Assembly (NCBI GenBank): GCA_963933835.1
Contig: CAWVVV010000006.1
Location: 38,681 to 102,680, forward strand
Direction: 5' to 3'
Origin: an uncultured Puniceicoccaceae bacterium
GTDB lineage: Bacteria > Verrucomicrobiota > Verrucomicrobiia > Opitutales > Oceanipulchritudinaceae
Length of the DNA: 64,000 nt
Positions 16,252 through 28,787 of the stretch are shown in pieces (the first letter of the stretch is position 1; the number at the start of each line of letters is the position of its first letter). A program made the translations under genes and the position numbers. The notes under the pieces are model-generated. The model was not told where the DNA came from and ran no database searches. It worked only from the letters and a program-made list of their open reading frames with translations.

Positions 16252-18742
16252 CGCTCGACTTGGATTCTTCGGCCGCCGTTTTTTCTTTCTTTGCACCGTC
16301 TTCTTCCAGTGCTGGGTCCAGTCGTTCGCCGAGTTCCGCAAATGGCGCGCGGCTCCCCTTCTTGTTGCGACGTTCCTTGCGCGTCGCTGCTTCGATGGCC
16401 TCCTCCTTTGGATATTCAATCCTAGCGTGGAGCATATTTAGGAGAGTGAAAGAGAAGCTCTCTTGGATTTTAGATAGCTGCTGGAAGGTGAGTGGAGATT
16501 CGTCAAGTTGTCCGTCTTCAATCCGCGAGCGGAAGATTTTCTCAATCAATTCATCGATCGATTGAGGGGTGACCTTTGGGAGACTACGTCCAGCGGCTTC
16601 AACGGAGTCAGCGAGCATGATGAGGGCGCTTTCGGTGAACTGCGGGCGGGGTCCTTCGTAGCGATAGGTAGCTTCGTTGACCTTATCGAGTTCGATGCTT
16701 GGGACTAGTTGGTTATCGTGGATGCCATCGGTTTTAGCGAGGCGATTTCGTTCCAGGGCCTTGTAGTAGAAATACTGAATAAGACTTGTTCCATGGTGCT
16801 GATTGATCGCGTCGATGACGATCTTTGGAAGCTTATACTCTTTCGCGAGAACGGCGCCTTCTTTGACGTGACTCTTGATCACGAGTGCACTCATAGAAGG
16901 GTTGCGCTCGATGTGTGGATTGTATCCGTCTCGCTGATTTTCGGTAAAGTATTCGGGTTTAACGAGTTTTCCGATGTCGTGAAAAAGCGAACAAACGCGG
17001 CACACAAGTGGGTTTGCCCCGATTGCTGCAGCCCCATTCTCCGACAGATTTGCTACCATCAAACTGTGGTGGTAAGAACCGGGCGCTTCGACTTGAAGAC
17101 GGCGGAGGAGTGGGTGGTTGAAATCGGTGAGCTCAAGGAGCGTTATATCGGTCGTCGTCTTAAAAAGTCCTTCCCAGATGGGGAGGAAACCGATCAGCGC
17201 GATACCGGTGAGGGTGCCGATGCCGATCGCGGTGAGCATTTGATAGATCACTGTGAGTGGCTCCATCGAATCTCTTAATCCGAACAAGGCAGCGCTAAGG
17301 GCCATAACCATTCCACTGAAAAGCCCGGCACGAACGACGCGTGTGCGAACCTTGAGGTTACGACTAAAGACGATCCCGAGGAGGGAGACACTGAACGAGG
17401 CGACACAGATACTGATCGAGTTGCCCTGCATTAGGCCATTGAGCAGAGCAAGGAGCGCGGCACATATCACGCCCGAACCGACTCCGAGGAGCATCGAAAT
17501 GAGCATCGGCGCGAGCGCGACTGGAAGAAGGTAAGGGATGAGCGCTAGCAGGATTGGGTTCCGCTGGGCTGTCTCCGTCCCGCCGACTTCGATGATCAGT
17601 CGGTAGATGAAAAGGTTTAAGAGGAGTGCACTGCCGGCGAGGAGGATCGTTCGACGATTTGCGGTGAGTCGCACGCCACTAAGCTTTAAGTAAATTAGAA
17701 GGCAGAAAATAAAAGACAGCGTCAGGATGGTGCGCTCACGGAAGAGCGCATCAAAACCGAAAGTAGCGGATTCACTTTGCTGCAGAATACTCTGGTAGGC
17801 GCTTAGTTTTTCTAGGGCGGCCTGATTTACCTTCGCGTTTGGCTCTACAATCGTCGTGCCTTCATCGACAGAGATGATGACGGGTTGCACTTCACTTATG
17901 TATTTTTGTTGGAGGGCCTGAGTGCGCTCTTCATCAAAGTTTAGATTTGGTTGAAGGCCTTCGCGGAAGATACGGAAAAGCGCGATCGACGACTCACGTG
18001 GAATGTCAAAGGCGGCGAGCTGGATGCGGAGGCTGCGAAGGGCTTCTTCCTCAGTGATAAGGTTTACCTCTTCAATCTCTCCCGCATTGTTTTGGATTTG
18101 AAAAATCCGAAGGTTTTGCGTCGGTAGTGTCCTGACGGAGTCTTCGGGATAGATCCCAGTTCGATAGAGGCGGTCAAGCTCAAGGAGGCCTTCGCGGAGT
18201 GTGTTCTCTCGGATTGCCCGCGGGAGTTGATTAAAAATTACGACAAGATCTGAAACGCGTAGTCCGTAAGGATTTTCCGCCGCGTAGTCTTGGAAAAACA
18301 ACCTGAGTTCCTCGGCCCGCAAGGCATAGCGACTGCGTTCCGCGCCATCTGGGATATCGGCGAACTCAGTCAGGTTCTTATGGAGGTCGAGTAAGTAGGA
18401 GCGAAAGTCTTCCGCGGTAGACTGATCGAGCGTGTAGACAGGGGGAGCTGTGGCGGCCCTTTTTGCCCGGGCGCGCTGAGTTTCGATGTCGCTTTGGTAA
18501 TTGAAGGGAACTTCGGCAATGACCCGTACGCGGGAGACCTGTCCTTTCTGAAGGAGGGGGCTTGCGGGAGAGAGGCCGAAAAAGGCTAGGAAGCTGATCG
18601 AGATGCCGAAGACGCCAAAAAGAAAAGCATTCACCCAGAGCGAAGGCTCGAACTTACGCCGAGCGACTTCTCCTAGGACACTCTCGCGCTTGCGTCGTGT
18701 TGCGACGACGGTGTCCTTGCGAGATTTGCGGTTGTTTGCCAT
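16235..18742 (-). CDS. 7TM-HD (HDIG) phosphohydrolase, PgpH-like cyclic-di-AMP phosphodiesterase family
   Basis: Extracytoplasmic domain + 7 TM; EAPGSYHHS, HDIGK, QHHGT, MLADSVEAA, HARIEYP. Confidence 0.92.
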   Translation of the reverse strand: MANNRKSRKDTVVATRRKRESVLGEVARRKFEPSLWVNAFLFGVFGISISFLAFFGLSPASPLLQKGQVSRVRVIAEVPFNYQSDIETQRARAKRAATAPPVYTLDQSTAEDFRSYLLDLHKNLTEFADIPDGAERSRYALRAEELRLFFQDYAAENPYGLRVSDLVVIFNQLPRAIRENTLREGLLELDRLYRTGIYPEDSVRTLPTQNLRIFQIQNNAGEIEEVNLITEEEALRSLRIQLAAFDIPRESSIALFRIFREGLQPNLNFDEERTQALQQKYISEVQPVIISVDEGTTIVEPNAKVNQAALEKLSAYQSILQQSESATFGFDALFRERTILTLSFIFCLLIYLKLSGVRLTANRRTILLAGSALLLNLFIYRLIIEVGGTETAQRNPILLALIPYLLPVALAPMLISMLLGVGSGVICAALLALLNGLMQGNSISICVASFSVSLLGIVFSRNLKVRTRVVRAGLFSGMVMALSAALFGLRDSMEPLTVIYQMLTAIGIGTLTGIALIGFLPIWEGLFKTTTDITLLELTDFNHPLLRRLQVEAPGSYHHSLMVANLSENGAAAIGANPLVCRVCSLFHDIGKLVKPEYFTENQRDGYNPHIERNPSMSALVIKSHVKEGAVLAKEYKLPKIVIDAINQHHGTSLIQYFYYKALERNRLAKTDGIHDNQLVPSIELDKVNEATYRYEGPRPQFTESALIMLADSVEAAGRSLPKVTPQSIDELIEKIFRSRIEDGQLDESPLTFQQLSKIQESFSFTLLNMLHARIEYPKEEAIEAATRKERRNKKGSRAPFAELGERLDPALEEDGAKKEKTAAEESKSSDAPSN

Positions 18743-18763
18743 AGTGGTTTTTGAGGGGGTGCC

Positions 18764-19771
18764 TTAGTCGGCGCTGACTTCGCGCGGGCTGTGCGCACCG
18801 GTCTTCTCATCGTAGTCTTGATAGGCTTCGATGATTCGCTGCACGAGGGGGTGACGGACGACGTCGCTACCGTCGAGGTGGTGAAATATAATACCCGGCA
18901 CATGGCCGAGGACTTTTTCGGCTTCTTTAAGGCCAGAATATTTGTGACGGGGAAGATCGACCTGCGTTTTGTCTCCGGTGACCACGTAGCGGCTCCCGTG
19001 CCCGAGTCGAGTGAGCATCATCATCATTTGCTCTGGTGTGGTATTTTGGGCTTCGTCGAGAATTACAAAGGCATTGCTCAGCGTGCGTCCGCGCATGTAA
19101 GCGAGCGGGGCGATTTCGATTTTTCCGGGGCGCTGTTCTTTGGGGTCACCGATAATACGGGCGGCGTCCATCGGCCCGAGCATGTCGTTGATCGCATCGA
19201 AGAGGGGCTGCAGGTAGGGGCGGACTTTTTCGTTGAGATCACCAGGGAGGAAGCCGAGGGCTTCACCCGCTTCAACCGCAGGTCGGGTAAGGATGATACG
19301 CTCGACGGACCCAGCGAGCAGCGCTTCCAGGGCAGCAGCGACAGCGAGGAAAGTTTTGCCCGTGCCAGCTGGACCGATGCCGAAGACGATTTCGTTGTTC
19401 CTGATCGCTTGGAGATAGCGCATCTGGTTCACCGTTTTGGGAACTATACTCGTTTTTTTGATCACGATGCGGGTTTTGTCCGCAAATGCCTCGGCGAGCT
19501 CTGCGTTCTTGCCTTCGACGACTGCCTTCAGGATGTAGCTAAAGTCACCTTTGGTGATCTTTAGTCCCGAGTTTCGGCCCGCATCGAGGAGCTTAAAGAA
19601 GGCCTCTGCCCTCTCGATCGATTCTTCCTCGCCGGAGAGCTTAACCCAGTCGTCCCGTGTCAGCGTTTCCAAGCCGAAGGCTTCGTCGATGATGAGGAGA
19701 TTTTGTTCATCTTTGACGAAGAGCTCTGAAAGTAGGCGAGGGCTTTGAAAATAGAGGGTCTTTTCAGGCAT
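18764..19771 (-). CDS. phoH: PhoH family ATPase
   Basis: GPAGTGKT, RPAVEAGEALGFLPGD, PLAYMRGRTL, DEAQN, VVRHPLV. Confidence 0.96.
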   Translation of the reverse strand: MPEKTLYFQSPRLLSELFVKDEQNLLIIDEAFGLETLTRDDWVKLSGEEESIERAEAFFKLLDAGRNSGLKITKGDFSYILKAVVEGKNAELAEAFADKTRIVIKKTSIVPKTVNQMRYLQAIRNNEIVFGIGPAGTGKTFLAVAAALEALLAGSVERIILTRPAVEAGEALGFLPGDLNEKVRPYLQPLFDAINDMLGPMDAARIIGDPKEQRPGKIEIAPLAYMRGRTLSNAFVILDEAQNTTPEQMMMMLTRLGHGSRYVVTGDKTQVDLPRHKYSGLKEAEKVLGHVPGIIFHHLDGSDVVRHPLVQRIIEAYQDYDEKTGAHSPREVSAD

Positions 19772-20195
19772 ATGGCTTTATGATCAGCGACATGAAACGA
19801 TCCGGCGATGTGTCCTAGCGTGGAGGAGGCTTTGCTTGCCGGCCGAAATAGAGTGATGGATATCCAGATAGGTGAATGCGCACGAAAAGGGTGTTCAACC
19901 GGTCATTTACTCGTGGGCCAGCCTGTGTGAAACAACTGGGTTGTAAAGGGTCAACTCGGCCTTCCGCTGGACATCCAGAGGCTCGAATTAGGGCTCGTTT
20001 TGTGCCTCTGAAGCATCTCTTAGGTCCCGCTAAGAGGAAGAGCATGCGACTTATTGGGGAGTTCCGATCAAAGGTGAGTCGTGTAGTCCGATGTTTACCT
20101 TAGCCAATACCAAAGGTGGAACGCTTGGGTAATCGCTTCGGCGATACATAAGATGTTCTATACCAATGTATTGGGGATGGATTATTCACGCATTT

Positions 20196-21181
20196 ATGAT
20201 TAAAAACGCCAAAGCAGTCATTGTCGAAACCTCTGGTAATGAGGCGGCCCACGAATCCTACTTGAGTGTATTGGAGCGTGGGCTGACGCCGGTCTTTTTG
20301 GAGAGCGCTCAAGAGGCCCTAGAGGCCTATCAGCAGGGAGATGTGGCAGTATTGGTTTCAGATCTCCGCCTCGCCGAAATGGATGGACTGGTTCTCGCCC
20401 GAAAAGTCCGGCGCTTTGATCCCGATGCGGTGATCATTTTGACGGCCGCGATCGAACGTAAGGCGGACTTATTGGCGGCTCTCCGTCTGGGTGTTTTTGA
20501 TTTCTTTGTGAAGCCGTTTGGAGCGCGCGAATTTGCTGATAGCCTTGAGCGAGCGGTGGCCTATCGTGCGAGGTCAACTCAGCCTAGGGCCGCGGATGAA
20601 GTTGCTGCACCTGAGGCCAACGAACTCAACACGGAAGAGTTACACGCGAATGAAGAAGAGTTGAGCCGCCTTCGTTTGGCGCTTGAGGCGAAAGAGCAGA
20701 GCTTCGCAGAACTCGAAAAATTGCTTCAGGACAAAGAGGCCCGGTGCGAGCGGACGATGGAGGATGTTGACGTACTTCACCCGTTGCGGCATCGGAAGCA
20801 TCCGTTGGCGGGAACAGCGAGGAGCTGCAAGCTCGAGAAGATGCACTGGCGGAGCGTGAGGCTCGCCAGATTGAGCGAGAAGCCTTCCTCGAACACAGCG
20901 AAAACACACTTTTTGATAAGGGACAGCAGCTTCAGGAGTTTGAGACTGAACTCGAACATCGTGCAGAGGGGTTGGGAGAGCCCTCCTCAGCCTCTCAGGT
21001 AAATCCCGAAGACGAAGCACGCCTTCATAAAGTCGAAGCAGAGCTCAGTTTGCGCAAACAGGAACTCGGGGAGCGCGAACGGATTTTACGTAAGAACGAG
21101 GCAATCGTTAAAGCCCGCGAACTCTATCTCAAAGAGAGCGAAAACATTCTCTTTGATCGTGAAGATATTTCTTCTTCTTAG
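20196..21181 (+). pseudogene. Response regulator receiver + coiled coil, split by a frameshift near 20771
   Basis: Receiver motifs VSDLRL.EMDG and KPF; the E-rich coiled coil continues after 20770 in the frame of ORF 20972-21181. Confidence 0.75.
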
Positions 21182-21324
21182 GGCCTTCACAGCCGTCATT
21201 ATTTTTACTTTTACGGGGTCTAGAAAAGCTTGTTTTGACTGAAATTTTGGCACCTAGATGTAAAACCTCGTTTGTACGGCAGTTTTTACTTCATTGGCCG
21301 TTCTTGAGACCGAAGTTGAAGCCT

Positions 21325-22098
21325 ATGTCGGAAGACAAAAGAAAGGTCAGTCGTCTCGTTGCTTCCGCCGCATGTTTGTCGGCTGGTTTCTTTTTCATGG
21401 CCTATTTAGCGGTGTCGCTATCGACCTTTTGGGCATCCCAACACGCGTCGACGATCGAAGAGTTTCATGACCTCGAACTTCGCAACGGGATCATCTTTTC
21501 TGGGATTTGCAGCCTAGGGCTTTTCAGCATCATATATAGTACTTTAAGGTGGCTGGATCAGAAGGAGCAGGAAGCGAACGATCTGGATAAGAGAATTTAA
21601 GGAGCAGAGGGCCGGCTCGCGACGACGATGGTCGTTCATACCGTTGTTCATGATACGAACAACCTTCTCGGAGTCATTCGCTCGGGCTTAAGCATGCTGA
21701 AGGATCCAGCAGTGGAGATCGATCCTACGTCCCTTTGCAATCGGATGGGAACGGCTGTCGACCGCGTCGAAGATATGCACCGCCAGCTGATGCGCCGAGA
21801 ACGAGAATTACACGACAGAGAGGCGACACTGGATATCTTCCCTCTTGAAGAGGCTCTCAATGAGTTGCGTTCCTACGCCCGCCTGCATCCGCGCTTGAAG
21901 GACTGTGACCTACACTTTGGTGGGGGCGAAAGTCTCAATCTTCGGGCAAATCGGACAGAATTTGCACAGGCGATTCTCAATCTAATCCTGAATGCCGCGG
22001 ATGCGACGAACAATGAGGGCCGGATTAGCGTCGAGGCACTTCAGATGGGTAGCCAGATCCGGCTGGAAGTGGATGACGACGGCCCAGGGATTACTTAG
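21325..22098 (+). pseudogene. Membrane histidine kinase, disrupted (in-frame TAA at 21598-21600; ends after G1 box)
   Basis: Two TM helices, H-box VHDTNNLL, N-box NLILNAADA, G1 DDDGPGI then TAG; both ORFs in the same frame. Confidence 0.75.
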
Positions 22099-22293
22099 GT
22101 CCAACGGTCTATGGAGCTCGATTTACGCCTGATTTACACACCTTTTTAAAGGGGTGTAATAGACTGGGAGCGAAAAAGGATCCAAATGAAACCTTAGACT
22201 GCTTTGGAAATAGGTGATTATGCCTAGGATTCAGGTTTAGCGTGCCTGCTTTCAGGTTCTCCGAAGGAATTCAGCTGGATATGACTGAACGGA

Positions 22294-23223
22294 TCACCCC
22301 TCTGCGAGCCACCGCTCTGTTTCGATAGCTGACTGGCAGCCAAGGCCTGCCGCGGTGATTGCTTGCCGGTAAACATGGTCGGCGCAATCGCCGGCAACGT
22401 AGACGCCGGAGACTTCGGTTTGAACCTGACTGCCTGCTTTAGGCAGGAAGTAGCCGTTCTCGTCGAGCGGTAGAACGCCTTCAAAGGGTTGAGTGTTCGG
22501 AATGTGGCCGATGGCGATAAAGAATCCTTTGCATGGAACTTCAGTGATTTCACCTGTTTTGAGGTTTTTCACTGCCGCTGCGCGCGTATTGCCCGCGTCA
22601 TCAGCGAGCACTTCGGTCGGCGCGCTGTCCCACAGGACTTCAATTTTTTCGTGTTCGATAACGCGATCGGCCATGATTTGAGATGCGCGCAGAGCGTCGC
22701 GCCGGTGAATTAGCGTCACCTTAGACGCGAAACGGGTGAGAAAGAGGGCTTCCTCCGCTGCACTGTCTCCGCCGCCGACGACGATAATTTCATCTCCTCG
22801 GTAAAAAGCACCATCACAGGTAGCGCAGGTGCTGACGCCTTTGCCTCCCCACATCTCTTGTTCACCGGGAATGCCGAGGGTTCGGGGACTGGCACCGGTT
22901 GCTATGATGACAGCTTTTGCTTCGAAAACCTTTCCGTCTTCAGCGATAAGCTTTTTCGTTTCGCCGGAAAAATCAGCACTGGCGATTTTTGAGTATTCGT
23001 AGCGCGCACCAAACCTTGAGGCCTGCTTCCTGAGATTATCCATGAGTTGAAAGCCGTCGATGCCTTCTGGGAAACCGGGGAAGTTCTCAACTTCGCTCGT
23101 TGTCGTGAGCTGACCACCTGGCTGACTCCCTTCGAGGATAAGGGGATTCAGGTTCGCGCGGGCGGTGTAGATTCCTGCAGTGAGTCCAGCGCAGCCGGTT
23201 CCGAGAATGATAACGTTTTCCAT
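22294..23223 (-). CDS. trxB: Thioredoxin reductase
   Basis: [41 protein letters not shown]. Confidence 0.97.
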   Translation of the reverse strand: MENVIILGTGCAGLTAGIYTARANLNPLILEGSQPGGQLTTTSEVENFPGFPEGIDGFQLMDNLRKQASRFGARYEYSKIASADFSGETKKLIAEDGKVFEAKAVIIATGASPRTLGIPGEQEMWGGKGVSTCATCDGAFYRGDEIIVVGGGDSAAEEALFLTRFASKVTLIHRRDALRASQIMADRVIEHEKIEVLWDSAPTEVLADDAGNTRAAAVKNLKTGEITEVPCKGFFIAIGHIPNTQPFEGVLPLDENGYFLPKAGSQVQTEVSGVYVAGDCADHVYRQAITAAGLGCQSAIETERWLAEG

Positions 23224-23339
23224 TTTTTCTGAAGATGAGAATCTGCAATCTGTAGATCGAGGCATTTGTGAGTCCCAACGGATCTTTTCTATTCCGACCC
23301 AAGTTCAACGCATGTGCTCGGACCCCTCCATGGCGACCT

Positions 23340-24017
23340 TTAGTTCAGGCTGGTATCGACGTCTGGAAGCCGAGAATTCAGGTCGCGTTCGAAATTGCAG
23401 CGGGAGTGTTCACGCTGGAGATAAGTAAGGAGTGTTAGGTAGCGTTCTTCAACCGATGCCGTAGAGAGTAGCTTCTGCTTCAGGTCAGCCTTGGAGCACG
23501 CTGCGAAGACGAGTAGATCGATGTAGGTCTCATACTCCTCGAGTTGCTCGAGAAAGCTCATGAATTCTGTTGGAACCTCGTTTGTTAGAGATGGTTCATG
23601 CGCTAAGATTTTTCCAATGTTCGCCTTACTCGAGGCAAGAAAGTCGGGCTGAGTGATTTCTGGGGTCAAGAGAGGCTCGACCTGTAGCAGAGGATAGGGA
23701 TCGTGGCTCACGACGTCTTTAACCTTTACGCGCTGAAGCCCTTGTAGAACGAGATTTGAGGTGCCGTTTGGAGCAATCTCAGAGGCGCGAATCACTCCAA
23801 TCGTCGCGACGCGACAGGGGATCTCGTCTTTGCTCGTTCCTCTTGTTTCGTCCTGACATGCCACGATGAAAAGCTGGTTGCTCGAGAGGACGTCGGAAAG
23901 CATCTGTCGGTAGCGAGGCTCAAAAATATGCAGCGGGAGAATTGCCTGCGGAAAGAAGACAGTCTGCTGCAGTATCATGGCCGGAACTTTGTCCGGTATC
24001 TTTACCTCAAGGTGCAT
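23340..24017 (-). CDS. LON peptidase substrate-binding (N-terminal) domain protein
   Basis: VFFP...LPLHIFEPRYRQM, G.SNLVLQG..R. Confidence 0.9.
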   Translation of the reverse strand: MHLEVKIPDKVPAMILQQTVFFPQAILPLHIFEPRYRQMLSDVLSSNQLFIVACQDETRGTSKDEIPCRVATIGVIRASEIAPNGTSNLVLQGLQRVKVKDVVSHDPYPLLQVEPLLTPEITQPDFLASSKANIGKILAHEPSLTNEVPTEFMSFLEQLEEYETYIDLLVFAACSKADLKQKLLSTASVEERYLTLLTYLQREHSRCNFERDLNSRLPDVDTSLN

Positions 24018-24064
24018 AGGTTGAAAATAAGTGCTCTCGAGATTTACGCAAGTTGTTGGCGAGT

Positions 24065-24388
24065 CTAGCTATCTTTCCATTTCCAAGCTTGGAGTAGGCT
24101 TCGATCTGGTTCGTCGTTCTCAGAAAAATAGACCGCAAGGCGGAGGTGCCAGAGTCGGTCGGCGGGGATATTTTTCCGTTCTTTCTGAATGTCATCAAAT
24201 AAGGATTCAGGAGAGCGCCCGCGAAGCTCATGGGTGTGACGAATACCCAAGTCGAGAAGATCTCGTACCGTCGGCAGATCGAGGCCTGGGATCCGACTCA
24301 AAGGCGAATTCAGCGCCTCATAGTCGATTTTCTTTTTTTTCTTTTTGGGCGGACGGGAAAAAAAGGCGGCTTCGAAATCGATCGGCAT
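24065..24388 (-). CDS. Helix-hairpin-helix domain protein (Cdd1/pathogenicity-locus family)
   Basis: RIPG....RDLLDLGI...EL.GRSPE.LF, AVYFSE, W.WKD. Confidence 0.75.
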   Translation of the reverse strand: MPIDFEAAFFSRPPKKKKKKIDYEALNSPLSRIPGLDLPTVRDLLDLGIRHTHELRGRSPESLFDDIQKERKNIPADRLWHLRLAVYFSENDEPDRSLLQAWKWKDS

Positions 24389-24616
24389 AGTCTCAAACAG
24401 TGGTGATTTGAAAAGAGGACGTCGGTTGGCGTGATGACGCAAAGCTTTATCTCGAGTTCTGGTGTGCAGTGAGGTGACTCAAGTGTGACACAAAGTGTGA
24501 CATGTCACGGTTTTTGGCACACCTTTCAATCAGATGGATGATCTGTAAGTATCAGAAGAAGAACAGGATGCGATTTCATAGGCAATTTGGAGAGTCGTAT
24601 GCTAAAGAGATCCTAA

Positions 24617-26554
24617 ATGAGCAAAATTTTAGGCATAGATCTTGGCACTACGAACTCTTGCATGGCCGTTCTGGACGGCGGTGAGCCCGTCGTCGTTCCT
24701 AACAGTGAAGGTACTCGCACGACGCCTTCCATCGTCGCATTTGCGAAAAACGGTGACCGCTTGGTTGGTCAGGCAGCGAAACGCCAAGCCGTGACAAACC
24801 CGACGAACACGATTTTTTCGGCTAAGCGCCTCATCGGACGTAAGTTTACTGAGGTCCAAGAGGAGATCGCCAATTTACCTTACTCGGTTGTCGAGGGGAA
24901 GAATGGCGACGCCTGGATCGAAGTAGATGTTGATGGTGAGAAGAAGCAATTCCCACCTGAGCAGATCAGCTCGATGGTTCTCGGTAAGCTGAAGGCCGAC
25001 GCTGAAGCGTTTCTTGGCGAGCCTGTGACTCAGGCGGTCATCACCGTTCCCGCATACTTTAACGACACCGAACGCCAAGCGACTAAAGATGCAGGCGCGA
25101 TCGCCGGCCTCGAAGTGCTCCGCATTATCAATGAGCCGACCGCTGCATCGCTGGCCTACGGCCTTGATAAAAAGACCGACGAAACAATCGCGGTCTATGA
25201 CCTTGGTGGTGGCACGTTCGATATCTCGGTTCTCGAAATCGGCGACGGTGTCTTCGAAGTGAAAGCAACCAACGGTGACACCCACCTCGGTGGTGATAAC
25301 TGGGACGAAGCACTCATCCGCTGGCTCATCGACGATTTTAAGAGCGAACACGGTGTTGACCTCCGTCAGGACAAGATGGCGCTTCAACGCCTGAAGGAAG
25401 AAGCTGAGAAAGCAAAGATTGCCCTCAGCTCTACCCAGAACACGGACATCAATCTTCCCTTCATCACTGCCGATGCCTCTGGGCCGAAGCACTTGAATGT
25501 GAGCCTCAGCCGCGCGAAGCTCGAGCAGATCACCGATGATCTTTTCCAGCGCACGATCCGACCTTTCGAAGGTTGCTTGAAGGATGCTGAAATCTCTTCT
25601 GGCGATATCGCCAACCTCGTCCTCGTGGGTGGTATGACGCGGATGCCTAAGGTGATTGAAACAGCTAAGCGCCTCACCGGCAAAGAGCCTAACCAAGGTG
25701 TCAACCCTGACGAAGTGGTAGCCCTCGGTGCTGCGATCCAAGGCGGTGTGCTCGCCGGTGACGTGAAGGATGTTCTCCTCCTCGACGTGACTCCATTGAC
25801 CCTCTCGATCGAGACGGCTGGTGGTGTAGCGACGGCGATGATCGAACGTAATACAACCATCCCGACGAAGAAGGGTCAGACATTCTCAACCTACGCCGAC
25901 CAGCAGACAGCGGTTGATATCCGCGTGCTCCAAGGCGAGCGTCCGATGGCGAAGGATAACAAAGAGCTCGGCGTCTTCCGCCTCGATGGAATTCCTGCCG
26001 CCCCTCGTGGTGTGCCTCAAATCGAAGTCACCTTCGACACCGACGCGAACGGCATTCTCCATGTCAGCGCGAAGGACAAAGGCACAGGCAAGGAGCAGAA
26101 GATTTCTATTACAAATGCCTCTGGTCTTTCCGACGAAGAAATCGAGCAAGCCCGTAAGGACGCTGAAGCTCACGCTGAGGACGACCGCAAGGCGAAGGAG
26201 CTCGCTGAGCAGCGCAACCAACTCGACACCATCGTCTTCTCGACCGAGAAACTGATCAACGAGAGCTGCGACAAGTTCGATCCATCCGACAAAGAGCACA
26301 TTGAAGCGCTCGTGAAGGAAGGTAAGACGGCGCTAGAGAGCAACGACGCTGATCAAATCAAAGCTGCGATCGAGAAGATCAATGGCGATGAGAAGATGCA
26401 GCAGGCAGTCGCGAAGATGTATCAAGAGACAGCCGGTGCCGAAGGTGGACCAGATATGGCCGCCGCAGGCGAAGGAGCTCAAGCCGAGCCAAAGCCTTCT
26501 GATGATCCGACCGTGGTCGACGCTGAAGTCGAAGACGTCACAGACAAGAAATAA
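24617..26554 (+). CDS. dnaK: Chaperone DnaK
   Basis: [35 protein letters not shown]. Confidence 0.99.
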   Translation: MSKILGIDLGTTNSCMAVLDGGEPVVVPNSEGTRTTPSIVAFAKNGDRLVGQAAKRQAVTNPTNTIFSAKRLIGRKFTEVQEEIANLPYSVVEGKNGDAWIEVDVDGEKKQFPPEQISSMVLGKLKADAEAFLGEPVTQAVITVPAYFNDTERQATKDAGAIAGLEVLRIINEPTAASLAYGLDKKTDETIAVYDLGGGTFDISVLEIGDGVFEVKATNGDTHLGGDNWDEALIRWLIDDFKSEHGVDLRQDKMALQRLKEEAEKAKIALSSTQNTDINLPFITADASGPKHLNVSLSRAKLEQITDDLFQRTIRPFEGCLKDAEISSGDIANLVLVGGMTRMPKVIETAKRLTGKEPNQGVNPDEVVALGAAIQGGVLAGDVKDVLLLDVTPLTLSIETAGGVATAMIERNTTIPTKKGQTFSTYADQQTAVDIRVLQGERPMAKDNKELGVFRLDGIPAAPRGVPQIEVTFDTDANGILHVSAKDKGTGKEQKISITNASGLSDEEIEQARKDAEAHAEDDRKAKELAEQRNQLDTIVFSTEKLINESCDKFDPSDKEHIEALVKEGKTALESNDADQIKAAIEKINGDEKMQQAVAKMYQETAGAEGGPDMAAAGEGAQAEPKPSDDPTVVDAEVEDVTDKK

Positions 26555-26564
26555 CCTTTATCCG

Positions 26565-26608
26565 ATCCCTCTCAGCTGCGCTAGATTTTAGCATAGCTGG
26601 TGGGGGAT
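26565..26608 (+). terminator. Stem-loop between dnaK and groES (terminator or mRNA-stabilising hairpin)
   Basis: ATCCCTCTCAGCTGCGCTA...TAGCATAGCTGGTGGGGGAT imperfect stem, short T-run. Confidence 0.5.
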
Positions 26609-26655
26609 TTCGGTATCTCTAAAACTTACACAAAAAATCTAATACAAAAACACCT

Positions 26656-26952
26656 ATGGCTACAGACGTAAAAATTACTCCTCTCGGAGACCGTGTCCTC
26701 GTAAAAGCTACCGATACTTCTTCTGAGGAAGTTAAAGGCGGCATTATTATTCCAGATTCGGCAAAAGAAAAGCCGATGACGGCTGAAGTGCTCGCTTTGG
26801 GAACCGGCAAAAAAGACGGCAAAGACTACAGCTTCACTGTGAACGTTGGCGATCAAGTCGTTATTCCTAAATACGGTGCAACAACCTTAAAGTATGAGGA
26901 TGTTGAATACACTATTCTTAAAGAAGAAGAAATCGTTGCTATCGTAGGTTAA
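26656..26952 (+). CDS. groES: Co-chaperonin GroES
   Basis: PLGDRVLV, GGIIIPDSAKEKP. Confidence 0.98.
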   Translation: MATDVKITPLGDRVLVKATDTSSEEVKGGIIIPDSAKEKPMTAEVLALGTGKKDGKDYSFTVNVGDQVVIPKYGATTLKYEDVEYTILKEEEIVAIVG

Positions 26953-26985
26953 TCCTACGCAATCAGCGAATTACACACTATTTAA

Positions 26986-28656
<1,671 letters not shown>

Positions 28657-28701
28657 TGCCTCGGCACTAGCCCATAGAACACGTATCCAAATAATTACTT
28701 C

Positions 28702-28737
28702 AAGGCCGCCTCTTCTTCGGAAGGGGCGGCCTTTTTT
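28702..28737 (+). terminator. Intrinsic terminator after groEL
   Basis: AAGGCCGCCTCTTC-TTCG-GAAGGGGCGGCC-T6. Confidence 0.9.
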
Positions 28738-28787
28738 ATTGAAGTGATACTTCCGAGCTACGCTCGAAAGCTGCTTGGTCTCTAGCC

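Noticed and set aside
21598..21600. Alternative genetic code or stop read-through in the kinase
   Set aside because: TAA, TAG and TGA all end conserved genes normally elsewhere in the window.
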